From assembly GCA_963805625.1 (NCBI GenBank), contig CAWDVE010000019.1, positions 480,001 through 544,000 on the forward strand: a DNA stretch of 64,000 bases, read 5' to 3'. This document shows, piece by piece, positions 28,631 through 36,861 of this stretch. The position numbers and the translations under genes are program-made. The notes beneath the pieces were generated by a model. That model did not search any database. It worked only from the letters and a program-made list of their open reading frames with translations, and was not told where the DNA came from. The stretch's first letter is position 1, and every line of letters begins with the position of its first letter. This DNA is from an uncultured Candidatus Rokubacteria bacterium. Lineage in GTDB: Bacteria; Methylomirabilota; Methylomirabilia; Rokubacteriales; DASRDR01.

Positions 28631-29617
28631 TCAGCGGTTCACGTGGGGCAGGACCTCGTGGATCACCCGCTCGAGCTGGCCGACCTGATCCCAGGCGGCC
28701 AGGCGCAGCGTGATCCGCTCCATGCCCGTGCCCCGGAACCGCCGCAGGCTCTCCACGCACTCCTCCGGGCTGCCGAGCGCGCTCCAGGCCTCGATGCGGG
28801 TCCGCGTGTAGTCGATCGAGTAGTAGCGATCGAGGAAGCGCTTCGTCTCGGATAGCGCGGCCTCGCGGTCCTCGTTCACGTTGATGTTGTGGTAGTAGCA
28901 GTTGCCCAGCCGGTCGGGGTCCCGCCCCTCCTCCCGCGCGTAGCGTCGGATCGTGTCCCAGTACTCCGCGAAGACCTCGGGAGGGAGACTGTGGGTCTGC
29001 CAGCCGTCGGCGAACCGCGCGACACGGCGGAGCGCGCGCTCGATGCGGGCGGGCTCGGGATGGATGGTCCAGGGATTGTTGGCAAGCCAGATGGGGCAGG
29101 GTTGCTGGAGAGGCTTCGGCTCGAGCGTCACGTCCTCGAACTGGAAGAACTGGCCCCGGTGTGTTACCCGGTCCTCGCTCCAGAGTCGGCGGAGGATGGT
29201 GACGTGCTCCTCCAGCCGCCGCTGGCGCTCCGCCACCGGCACGCCGACCGCTCGAGCCTCGGCACCCCAGTCGCCGGCGCTCCCGCCTCCCGCGCAGACG
29301 ATCAAGATTGTGCGGCCCTCGGCAATCCGGTCGAGGCTTGCCCACTCGTAGGCGAAGACGAGCGGGTTGCGGAGGGGAAAGCTCGCCAGGCAGGCCGGGC
29401 CCAGACGCAGGCGGCGCGTCCGGCCGGCGATGGCGGCAAGCAGGGTGAGCGCGTCGAGCCGGGGCTTGGCAAAGAGAGAGTCTCCCACCCAGACGGAGTC
29501 GAAGAGGCCGGAGGCCTCGGCGCGGTCGGCCAGATCGAGCAGCTGGGCCGGCGTTGTCAGGCCCAGCATGACACCCCGGTTCGGGAGCGTCAGTCCGAAA
29601 GCGAGCGGTGGCATCAC
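28631..29617 (-). CDS. LLM class flavin-dependent oxidoreductase
   Basis: FGLTLPNRG, FDSVWVGDS, LRLGPAC, PKPLQQPCPIW. Confidence 0.9.
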   Translation of the reverse strand: MMPPLAFGLTLPNRGVMLGLTTPAQLLDLADRAEASGLFDSVWVGDSLFAKPRLDALTLLAAIAGRTRRLRLGPACLASFPLRNPLVFAYEWASLDRIAEGRTILIVCAGGGSAGDWGAEARAVGVPVAERQRRLEEHVTILRRLWSEDRVTHRGQFFQFEDVTLEPKPLQQPCPIWLANNPWTIHPEPARIERALRRVARFADGWQTHSLPPEVFAEYWDTIRRYAREEGRDPDRLGNCYYHNINVNEDREAALSETKRFLDRYYSIDYTRTRIEAWSALGSPEECVESLRRFRGTGMERITLRLAAWDQVGQLERVIHEVLPHVNR

Positions 29618-29647
29618 ACGACAGGATAGGGTGGCGGGCCCGCGGGC

Positions 29648-30535
29648 TCAACCGGTCGCGCGCCCGCGTGTCTCCGCGAAGGCGATGGACAGACCGCTCG
29701 CGACGATCAGCATGGCCCCGAGCCAGAGCTCGGGGCCGGGCACGTCGCCGAAGATGAGATACCCGGTCGACGCCGCCCCGAGGAGCTGGACGTAGTTGAA
29801 GGGCGAGACCACCGACGCCGGCGCCCACATGTACGCGCGCGCCACCAGGTAGTGGCCGAGGCCCCCCGTCAGGCCCATGCTGAGGAGGAGCCCCAGCTGG
29901 GTCGACGATCTGGGCGGGACCCAGTAGAAGGGCACCAGGAGCGTCGTCAGGACCGTGCCGACCAGCGCGCTGTAGCCCACCGTCGTCTCCGGGGGGTCGG
30001 TTCCGACGACACGCCGGGTGAGAACCTGATAGCCCGCGTAGCACACGGCCGTGCCGAGCGATAGGAGGGAGGCCAGATTAGCGACGTCGCTCCCGGGGCC
30101 GACCACGACCAGCACGCCCGCGAAGCCCACGCCGATGGCAAGCCAGCGCCGGATGCCCACCCGCTCGCCGAGCATGGGCACCGCCAGGAGCGCCACGATG
30201 CACGGAGCCGTGAAGTTGATGGTTGCCGCCGCGGCGAGACCGATGAAGCGAAGCGCCACGAAGTTGAAGGCGGTCGAGCCAAGGAGGAGCAGCGAGCGTG
30301 CAAGCTGGAAGGCGGGATGTCGCGTGTGGAAGAGCCGGCGTCCATACCGCGGGCCGAAGGCGGTCACCACAAAGACGAGGTGCCCCGCGGTCCTAGCCCA
30401 GAGGAGCTCGACCATGGGGAGCTCTCCGGTCAGGGACTTCGCGGCCGCGTTCAGGATGGCAAAGAGGCCGGCGGCCCCGCACATGCACGCGAGCGCGCGG
30501 AGCGGACGATGGGGGCGCTCGCCGAGCGACGTCAC
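29648..30535 (-). CDS. DMT/EamA family transporter
   Basis: About 10 hydrophobic segments; LGERVG, SVVSPFNYVQL. Confidence 0.9.
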   Translation of the reverse strand: MTSLGERPHRPLRALACMCGAAGLFAILNAAAKSLTGELPMVELLWARTAGHLVFVVTAFGPRYGRRLFHTRHPAFQLARSLLLLGSTAFNFVALRFIGLAAAATINFTAPCIVALLAVPMLGERVGIRRWLAIGVGFAGVLVVVGPGSDVANLASLLSLGTAVCYAGYQVLTRRVVGTDPPETTVGYSALVGTVLTTLLVPFYWVPPRSSTQLGLLLSMGLTGGLGHYLVARAYMWAPASVVSPFNYVQLLGAASTGYLIFGDVPGPELWLGAMLIVASGLSIAFAETRGRATG

Positions 30536-30732
30536 GCGGGCGGGCGGCCCGGGCCGTCGTCCCGCCGTTCGTGGCTCGTGTCGTCGGTCACCGGCCCATT
30601 CTACCCGGGGGCCCCTCCCTCGGCCCCAGCGGCCCCAGCGGCCATCGAACGGCGGGTCTCGGCCCGGCGTATGTCCGGCCGCCTCGCGCCTTGACGCCTA
30701 GCCTGTGCGAGGCGTCCCCGGGGGTCTCCAAT

Positions 30733-30761
30733 TTGACACGTCGCGTTGCCGTTGTTAGCCT
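30733..30761 (+). promoter_or_regulatory. sigma70 promoter, probably leaderless, for the KamA-family gene
   Basis: TTGACA-17 bp-(TG-n)TAGCCT, 7 nt before ATG 30769, with no Shine-Dalgarno sequence. Confidence 0.65.
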
Positions 30762-30768
30762 CCGTGAC

Positions 30769-31854
30769 ATGCCGAGACCGAGCGGGATCCCGGAGGCCCA
30801 GTGGCGCGACTGGGTGTGGCAGATGCAGGAGCGCGTCCGGAGCGCCAAGGAGCTCGAGCGCTATGTCAACCCGACCGAGGACGAGCGCCGGGCGATCGAC
30901 GCGCTCGCCGAGCGCTTCCGCTTCGTCATCACGCCGTACTACGCGTCGCTCATGGACCCCGACGACCCCGCCTGCCCGATCCGGAAGCAGGTGGTGCCGC
31001 GGACGGCCGAGCTCGACGATCCGGTCGGCATGGCGGACCCGCTCGACGAGGTTGCCCACTCGCCGGTGAAGAACGTGATCCGCGTCTACCCCGACCGGAT
31101 CGCTTTCTGCGTCAACAACGAGTGTGCGCTCTACTGCCGCTTCTGTTTGCGGAAACGCATGGTCGGCGACGAAGAGTGGATCATGAAGAAGCGCGAGCTC
31201 GAGATCGGGCTCGACTGGATCCGCCGGACGCCGGAGATCCGCGACGTCCTTCTCACGGGCGGGGATCCGTTGGTCTTCTCCGACGACAAGCTCGAGTGGC
31301 TCATCGCCGAGCTCCGGCGCATCCCGCACGTTGAGATCGTGCGACTGGGGACGCGGCTGCCGGTGACCCTCCCGTTCCGGGTGACCGACGCGCTGTGCCG
31401 GATGCTCGAGCGCTACCATCCGATCTGGGTGAACACGCACTTCAACCATCCGAAGGAGCTCACTCCCGAGGCGGCTGAGGCGTGTGATCGCCTCCTCCGG
31501 GCGGGGATCCCCGTCGGCAACCAGAGCGTGCTCCTCGGCGGGATCAACGACGACGCGACGACGATGAAGGCGCTCTGCGAAGGCCTGGTCCGAATGCGGG
31601 TCCGCCCCTACTACTGCTACCAGGCCCAGCTCCTCGAGGGCACCGCCCACTTCCGCGTGCCGGTCGAGCGCGGGATCGAGATCTTTCGGGAGCTTCGCGG
31701 CCGGACGAGCGGGTTCGCGATCCCCACCTACGTGCTCGACACCCCGTACGGCAAGGTGCCGCTCGGCTACCCGTACCTCCGGGGCCGCGATGGCGACCAC
31801 GTCGTCGTCGAGGCGTGGGACGGGCGAATCTGGCGGGAGCTCAATCCGGCCTAG
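30769..31854 (+). CDS. KamA family radical SAM/PLP 2,3-aminomutase (substrate uncertain)
   Basis: WRDWVWQ, ITPYY, CALYCRFC, LTGGDP, THFNHP, NQSVLL, RPYY, GKVP. Confidence 0.92.
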   Translation: MPRPSGIPEAQWRDWVWQMQERVRSAKELERYVNPTEDERRAIDALAERFRFVITPYYASLMDPDDPACPIRKQVVPRTAELDDPVGMADPLDEVAHSPVKNVIRVYPDRIAFCVNNECALYCRFCLRKRMVGDEEWIMKKRELEIGLDWIRRTPEIRDVLLTGGDPLVFSDDKLEWLIAELRRIPHVEIVRLGTRLPVTLPFRVTDALCRMLERYHPIWVNTHFNHPKELTPEAAEACDRLLRAGIPVGNQSVLLGGINDDATTMKALCEGLVRMRVRPYYCYQAQLLEGTAHFRVPVERGIEIFRELRGRTSGFAIPTYVLDTPYGKVPLGYPYLRGRDGDHVVVEAWDGRIWRELNPA

Positions 31855-31856
31855 CC

Positions 31857-32429
31857 CTATCTCGCAGCGGCAGCGGTTCCGGCGCACGCGGTACGCCACC
31901 GCTCGTTGGCGTCTGCAAAGACCTGCTTGACGCGCTCCACGTCGTAGGGCCGCTCTTCTAGAGTGTCCGGCGTCCACTCGCTTCGGGGCATGGTGAAGAA
32001 GTCTCCGCCATACACGTGGATCGCTCCCGTGAACACGCGCAGGGGGTTCGTGACAGCATGCACCACGTTCTTGCCCAGCAGGACCGCGTCCCGGATGGCA
32101 AGCTCCTTGCTCCCAGCGACGACCAGTCCCTCGGGGCTCCGGCGGTAGAACGTGTTGTCCTCACGGCCACCGTAGAGGCCGATGACCGCCCACATCCGGT
32201 GGTCGTGGGGATAGATGGCCATGCCCGGCGCCCAGATGACGTTCAGGATGGTGAGCTCGGGAGAGCGATGCAGCGTGGTGACGCTCCCCAAGGTCGGCGA
32301 TCCGAGCGCGCGCTCCACGTCCCCCGGCTGGGCGACCGCGCGCTCGACTAGTTCCCTGACGGCGATCTCAGGGGTCGATTCGCCCAGGGCCGTCCGACAG
32401 TCGGCGATGAAGGTGTCGAGGTAGAACAT
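31857..32429 (-). CDS. cysteine dioxygenase-like cupin metalloprotein
   Basis: PHDHRMWAVIGLYGGREDN, VHAVTNP, AIHVYGGDF; AGGAGG upstream. Confidence 0.85.
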   Translation of the reverse strand: MFYLDTFIADCRTALGESTPEIAVRELVERAVAQPGDVERALGSPTLGSVTTLHRSPELTILNVIWAPGMAIYPHDHRMWAVIGLYGGREDNTFYRRSPEGLVVAGSKELAIRDAVLLGKNVVHAVTNPLRVFTGAIHVYGGDFFTMPRSEWTPDTLEERPYDVERVKQVFADANERWRTACAGTAAAAR

Positions 32430-32500
32430 GGCGATCCTCCTTGCGGCGGGACCAATCGAATGCCCGTTGCGTGCACCCTACGAGGATCACCGCACTTGTG

Positions 32501-32532
32501 TCCACTGCATTATGTTGACTATAGTGAATGCC
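32501..32532 (-). promoter_or_regulatory. putative XRE operator and -10 element upstream of the cupin gene
   Basis: Minus strand GGCATTCACTATAGTCAACATAAT parallels GGCATCCACTATAGTGGAATATCAT upstream of the XRE gene. Confidence 0.5.
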
Positions 32533-32634
32533 TTGAGGCATCCGGGTCATCAGTTCCGTCACGTGCCCCCGGTCCCGCTCCCCCGCGAGACGCGGGACTA
32601 GGGCCGGCGCCGCCGCCCCTCCCGGGGTCCTGGC

Positions 32635-33066
32635 TCAGCGGTCCGGCGGTGGTCGGCGGCCGTCGGCGCGGTACCGGCGGTAGTCGGCGAGGATCAGCGT
32701 GTGGTCGAACGCGAGCGGCTCGGGCAAGGCGTCGAGCGGGAAGACTCGGGCTTCGGCCGCGTCGTCCGCGCCGGTTGGAATGCCCCGGGCCCGGCCGATG
32801 AAGACGACGCTCAGCGTCGGCCCGCGCGGGTCGCGGGCGGGGTTCGCGTAGACGTGGAAGAGCTCGGCGAGCTCGACGTCTAGCCCCGTCTCCTCTCGGA
32901 GCTCGCGCTCGGCGGCCGCCGCCACGCTCTCGCCGGCTTCGACGAATCCGCCAGGCAGGGCCCACCCGGGCGGCGGGTGCTTTCGCCGCACGAGGACGAT
33001 GCCGCCGTCCGCCATCTCCGCGATGACGTCCACCGTTGGGAGCGGCCCGCGCGGCGGGGGGCTCAC
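32635..33066 (-). CDS. NUDIX hydrolase (ADP-ribose pyrophosphatase-like)
   Basis: WALPGGFVEAGESVAAAAERELREETGL Nudix box; RDPRG, GADDA, LAFDH. Confidence 0.92.
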   Translation of the reverse strand: MSPPPRGPLPTVDVIAEMADGGIVLVRRKHPPPGWALPGGFVEAGESVAAAAERELREETGLDVELAELFHVYANPARDPRGPTLSVVFIGRARGIPTGADDAAEARVFPLDALPEPLAFDHTLILADYRRYRADGRRPPPDR

Positions 33067-33115
33067 GGTGCAGCCCGCGGGTCGGTTCGCGCACCCGGCT
33101 GTCGAGCCGGGAGGC

Positions 33116-34630
33116 TCAGAGCAGTCGCTCGATCGCGTTCAGGACGGTCTGCTCCACCGAGGACTCCGGCGTCGCCAGGACCTTCCGTTCCTTCGTCCAG
33201 AAGATGCGCTGCTCCTCGAACACCTCACGCTTCACCGATATCGACGTTTCGCTGCGCGAGACGGCGCGGACCACGATGTCCAGTGTGTGCCGCGTGCCCT
33301 CCGCGTAGACGACGAAGTCCTTGAAGGTCACGTTACGAGGCTCGGTTCGGATGACGCCCGTCGCCTGATCCGCGCGGTCGATGTCCCACCCGAGGCTACG
33401 CAGGACCGACTGGGTGACCATCCAGGTCCGCTCCACGGAGACCGGGAACACCCGAACCAGCTGGCCATCGGTTCCCCGTGAGGCAGGAGCCGGCGGAAGG
33501 GATGCGGTGACGGGCGGTGGAGACGCGGAAGACGATGGCATCTCGGTTCCCGGAGCGGGAGGGCTGCCCGTCGCTCGCTCCGACGGCGGGGAGCCAGGCG
33601 GCGCCGTGGCCGCGGGCGGAGCGGCGGCAGTCAGCTTAGATAGCTCTCCGACCAGCACGAGATCGTCCGAGGGCTCACGTGCGCCCCCTTGGCGTTCCAT
33701 CGTGATGCCGAAGATGTCGGGGGACCAGGTCGCCCGGGGCGGGGCGACACGGAGCGTGCCCGCGCCCTGCGAATCCACGGCGAGCAACCCGGCCGAGACG
33801 CGGTTCCCGAGGTTGATGCTGCCGAGCCAGAGCTGGTACGTGCGACCCGCCGGAGGCTGAGGGAGGCCCGACACGACGAGCGTGCCTCCCCCGATGGGCT
33901 CCCACTGGAGCTGTCCGCGCGCCCCTGTGGCCGCGCCGACGGGCACGAGCGAGATCACGCGCGATCCTGCCGTGGGCAGCGCCGTGCCGGGATCCGTCCG
34001 GGCGCTGAGCAGTCTCGGCGCGGTCGCGGACTGGCTCGACGGGGCGCCGAGCGGCGGGCGCTCCGAGGCTGGCGGCGACGGGGCTGGACGGCTCGCGACT
34101 CTGGGGGACGCCGGTTCAGGGGCTCGCTTTGCTGGCGGCGAAGAGGTGGTCGCCGGGGTCGTCGGGGCCGGCTCGGGCGCGCGCGTCACCGGCGGCGGGG
34201 GAGCGGCCGCCGTGGCCGGCTCGGGCGCGGGGATGGATGACGGCGGCGGCGCCGTCGCCGCCAACTCGGTCTCCACCGACGCTGCCGCCGGAGCCTGGGG
34301 CGGACTGACTGCGTTCGGCGAATGCTGCTCCTGCTGGCGAGACACGTTCACGGTGACGCGCGGGAGCGACGGCATCCACGCTTGGCGCCACACCAGCGCC
34401 AGGCCCGCGGCGACGCCTAACACGACGAGGGCCGCGAACAGTAGGGACTGGGATCGCGCACGCGTCCGGCGTCTCGACATGGCGCGCGCTCGCCCGAGAG
34501 TCGCCTGGGATCGTCCCTGAGCGATGGGTCTATCCGCCGGGGCATCTCGCGGCTGAAGGGGTTCTCCACACTGGAGACAGAACCCCTCACGCTCCGAGTA
34601 GTCGCGGTCACACTGAAGGCATCGCATCAT
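33116..34630 (-). CDS. membrane-anchored multidomain protein: Zn ribbon, TM helix, Pro-rich linker, RskA-like anti-sigma domain, C-terminal alpha/beta domain
   Basis: CLQC..CLQCG, hydrophobic helix, LPQPPAGRTYQLW..SAGLL..FGITMERQGGA.EPS. Confidence 0.75.
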   Translation of the reverse strand: MMRCLQCDRDYSEREGFCLQCGEPLQPRDAPADRPIAQGRSQATLGRARAMSRRRTRARSQSLLFAALVVLGVAAGLALVWRQAWMPSLPRVTVNVSRQQEQHSPNAVSPPQAPAAASVETELAATAPPPSSIPAPEPATAAAPPPPVTRAPEPAPTTPATTSSPPAKRAPEPASPRVASRPAPSPPASERPPLGAPSSQSATAPRLLSARTDPGTALPTAGSRVISLVPVGAATGARGQLQWEPIGGGTLVVSGLPQPPAGRTYQLWLGSINLGNRVSAGLLAVDSQGAGTLRVAPPRATWSPDIFGITMERQGGAREPSDDLVLVGELSKLTAAAPPAATAPPGSPPSERATGSPPAPGTEMPSSSASPPPVTASLPPAPASRGTDGQLVRVFPVSVERTWMVTQSVLRSLGWDIDRADQATGVIRTEPRNVTFKDFVVYAEGTRHTLDIVVRAVSRSETSISVKREVFEEQRIFWTKERKVLATPESSVEQTVLNAIERLL

Positions 34631-34650
34631 GAGAAGAAACCCTCAAACTT

Positions 34651-34680
34651 ACGATAGGGGTCCCGCTCTTACCGTGTCAA
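34651..34680 (-). promoter_or_regulatory. sigma70-type promoter
   Basis: TTGACA-18 bp-TATCGT, 20 nt upstream of ATG 34630. Confidence 0.55.
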
Positions 34681-34735
34681 GCTTGGCGAGCCCCGGAAAG
34701 GCTGGCAAAATTCCCGGTCGGAGCGCGCGGCGCTA

Positions 34736-35254
34736 CTAGATCTGCCCGGTGAGCGCTTGCTCGAAGGCGGTGTAGACAGCCGGGTCGAACAGGACGAATC
34801 GGACCTCGACGACCCGTGTCCCGGCGGCCTGGACCGCCGTGATGGCCACGGGCGCCGCGAGATCCAGGGGATAGCCGTAGATCCCAGTCGAGATCGCGGG
34901 GAACGCGACGGTCGCGCAGCCGAGCGCGTCGGCCACCCGGAGCGACTCGACGTGGCAGCTTCGGAGGAGCGTCGAGCGATCCTCCCCTGGCGAGTAGACG
35001 GGACCGACCGTGTGGATCACCCAGCGGGCGAGAAGCCGTCCGGCTGGCGTCGCTGCCGCCTGGCCTGTGGGGAGGCCATCGGGAAAGCGCTCGGCGCGGA
35101 GGCGCCGGCAGGCTTCGAGGATCGCCGGGCCGCCCCTCCGGTGGATCGCGCCGTCGACGCCACCGCCGCCCATGAGGGTGGAGTTGGCGGCGTTGACGAG
35201 GGCGTCCGCCGACTGCTCGGTGATGTCGCCCCGGACGAGGACGATGCGCGGCAC
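34736..35254 (-). CDS. ymdB: macro-domain O-acetyl-ADP-ribose deacetylase
   Basis: GDIT, VNAANSTLMGGGGVDGAIH, VIHTVGP, FPAISTGIYGYP; GTG start inferred. Confidence 0.92.
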   Translation of the reverse strand: MPRIVLVRGDITEQSADALVNAANSTLMGGGGVDGAIHRRGGPAILEACRRLRAERFPDGLPTGQAAATPAGRLLARWVIHTVGPVYSPGEDRSTLLRSCHVESLRVADALGCATVAFPAISTGIYGYPLDLAAPVAITAVQAAGTRVVEVRFVLFDPAVYTAFEQALTGQI

Positions 35255-35261
35255 CGCTGGA

Positions 35262-36449
35262 TCAGGCGAACGAGCCCCACTCGTACTCGTGCTCACCCCG
35301 GATCACCTGGCCGCGCGCGTCCCGGTCGATCGCGAACGGGGCGAGCGGGCTCGCGGCGAAGTCCGCGCCGCGGATGACCTCGGCCAGGGCCCGCCCCATG
35401 GAGGGGCCGAACTTGAATCCCTTGCCGTTGCCCCCGGCGAGGACGAACAAGCCTGGCACGCCAGGCACCGGCCCGGCGAGAGCGTGGCCGTCCGGCGTCC
35501 GCGAGTCGAGGCCCACCCACGTGCGGCCCGGCGACGCGTGCTCGAGCGCCGGGATCCGGGGGATGAGACGCGTCGCCGCCGAGACGAGCTCGTCAAGTGT
35601 CGGCGGGGCGAACTCGGCCTTGCCATGGAAGGGCTCCCCTCGGAAGCCGATCGAGTCCTCGTACCCGGCGCCGATCAGGAGTGCGTCGCCGATCTCGCCC
35701 CGGTACCATTGCTCGGCGGCGTGGTCGATGGTGCACGGCACACGGTCGAGGCCGGGCAGGCCGTGGAGGAGGCCGGCGCCGATCGGCATCGGGAACACGG
35801 GTAGGTCGACGCCGACCTCGGCCGCGAGCTCGCGCGTGCCCGCCCCGGCCGCCAGGACGACCGCCGTGGCCGGGATCCGGTCCGCGCCGAGCCGGATGCC
35901 GGCGGCGCGGCCGCCCTCGGTCAGGACATGCGCCGGGTCCGCATCCGTCAGGACGCGGCCGCCGCGATCGCGGACCCCCGCGAGGAGGCTTCCGATGCAA
36001 TCGGAGGGGTCGGCGTGGCCGCTGTCCGGCTCCCACGCGCCGGCGCCGATGCCGTCCGTCTCCACGCACGGGAGGATCCGCTTCACCCCCGCGGCGTCCA
36101 GCACCTCCGTGGGCACGCCCATAGCCTGCATGAGCGCCACGTTCTTCTCGAGCGTCGGGACCAGCATCGGGGGCACGATGAACAGGAAGCCGTTCCGGCG
36201 ATACCCGTTCTCCCCCCCGACCTCCGCGCTCCAGCGCCGGTGCATCCGCCAGCTCTCGACGGCGAAGTGCGCCTCGGGCGGATTGGCGTAGTGACAGCGA
36301 ATGTAGCCCGCGGTCCGGCCCGAGGCGCCGCCTGCCGGGAGTCCGCGGTCGACCACGACGACGCGGAGGCCCGCGCGCGCGGCGAAGCAGGCCGTGCTCG
36401 CGCCGGCGATGCCGGCGCCGACGACGACGAGATCGACGGGCTGCGCCAT
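35262..36449 (-). CDS. FAD-dependent oxidoreductase (DAO/sarcosine oxidase beta-like)
   Basis: VVVGAGIAG, GASGRTAG, RTPDG, GKGFKFGP. Confidence 0.9.
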   Translation of the reverse strand: MAQPVDLVVVGAGIAGASTACFAARAGLRVVVVDRGLPAGGASGRTAGYIRCHYANPPEAHFAVESWRMHRRWSAEVGGENGYRRNGFLFIVPPMLVPTLEKNVALMQAMGVPTEVLDAAGVKRILPCVETDGIGAGAWEPDSGHADPSDCIGSLLAGVRDRGGRVLTDADPAHVLTEGGRAAGIRLGADRIPATAVVLAAGAGTRELAAEVGVDLPVFPMPIGAGLLHGLPGLDRVPCTIDHAAEQWYRGEIGDALLIGAGYEDSIGFRGEPFHGKAEFAPPTLDELVSAATRLIPRIPALEHASPGRTWVGLDSRTPDGHALAGPVPGVPGLFVLAGGNGKGFKFGPSMGRALAEVIRGADFAASPLAPFAIDRDARGQVIRGEHEYEWGSFA

Positions 36450-36461
36450 GACAGGCTTCTC

Positions 36462-36836
36462 CTATGGGTTCTCGATGCGTGTCGCGAATCGGATGCCGAA
36501 TCCGTCGGGGTCCGCGATCGTGAAGTCGCGGAGGCCGTAGTCGCGATCCGCGATCGGTGAGAGGACGCGGGCTCCCATCGCGGTCGCGCGGCACCACCAG
36601 GTGTCCACGTCCGGCACCATCACTCGCACGTTGGCGTGGGGTGACGGGGGCGCCTCGTAGTGAGGCCGCTCGTCGAGAAAGAGCCGGTGTCCTTCCCACG
36701 TGACTTCGGCGAAGCCTGTCTTCCGGCCCAGGATCTCGAACCCCACGCTTCGGTAGAAGTCCACAGCGCGGGCGAGATTCCGGACGTAGACCTCGACGAC
36801 CAGCTGTTCGGTGGCCGGGACGTAGGATGCGGCCAT
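36462..36836 (-). CDS. VOC/glyoxalase-bleomycin resistance family protein
   Basis: RAVDFY..VGF, DRDYGLRDFTIADPDG. Confidence 0.88.
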   Translation of the reverse strand: MAASYVPATEQLVVEVYVRNLARAVDFYRSVGFEILGRKTGFAEVTWEGHRLFLDERPHYEAPPSPHANVRVMVPDVDTWWCRATAMGARVLSPIADRDYGLRDFTIADPDGFGIRFATRIENP

Positions 36837-36861
36837 TGACGAGCGCCCGTGCCCCGCTCGG

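Noticed and set aside
30769-31854. EF-P modification enzyme EpmB acting with the DHS-like gene
   Set aside because: No efp or epmA is adjacent, the motifs differ from EpmB, and the genes are 25 kb apart.
33480-34320. Tandem DNA repeat or CRISPR-like array in the Pro-rich regions
   Set aside because: These are low-complexity coding linkers (RAPEPA occurs twice) with no regular repeat-spacer period. I saw no CRISPR array, tRNA or rRNA anywhere in the window.
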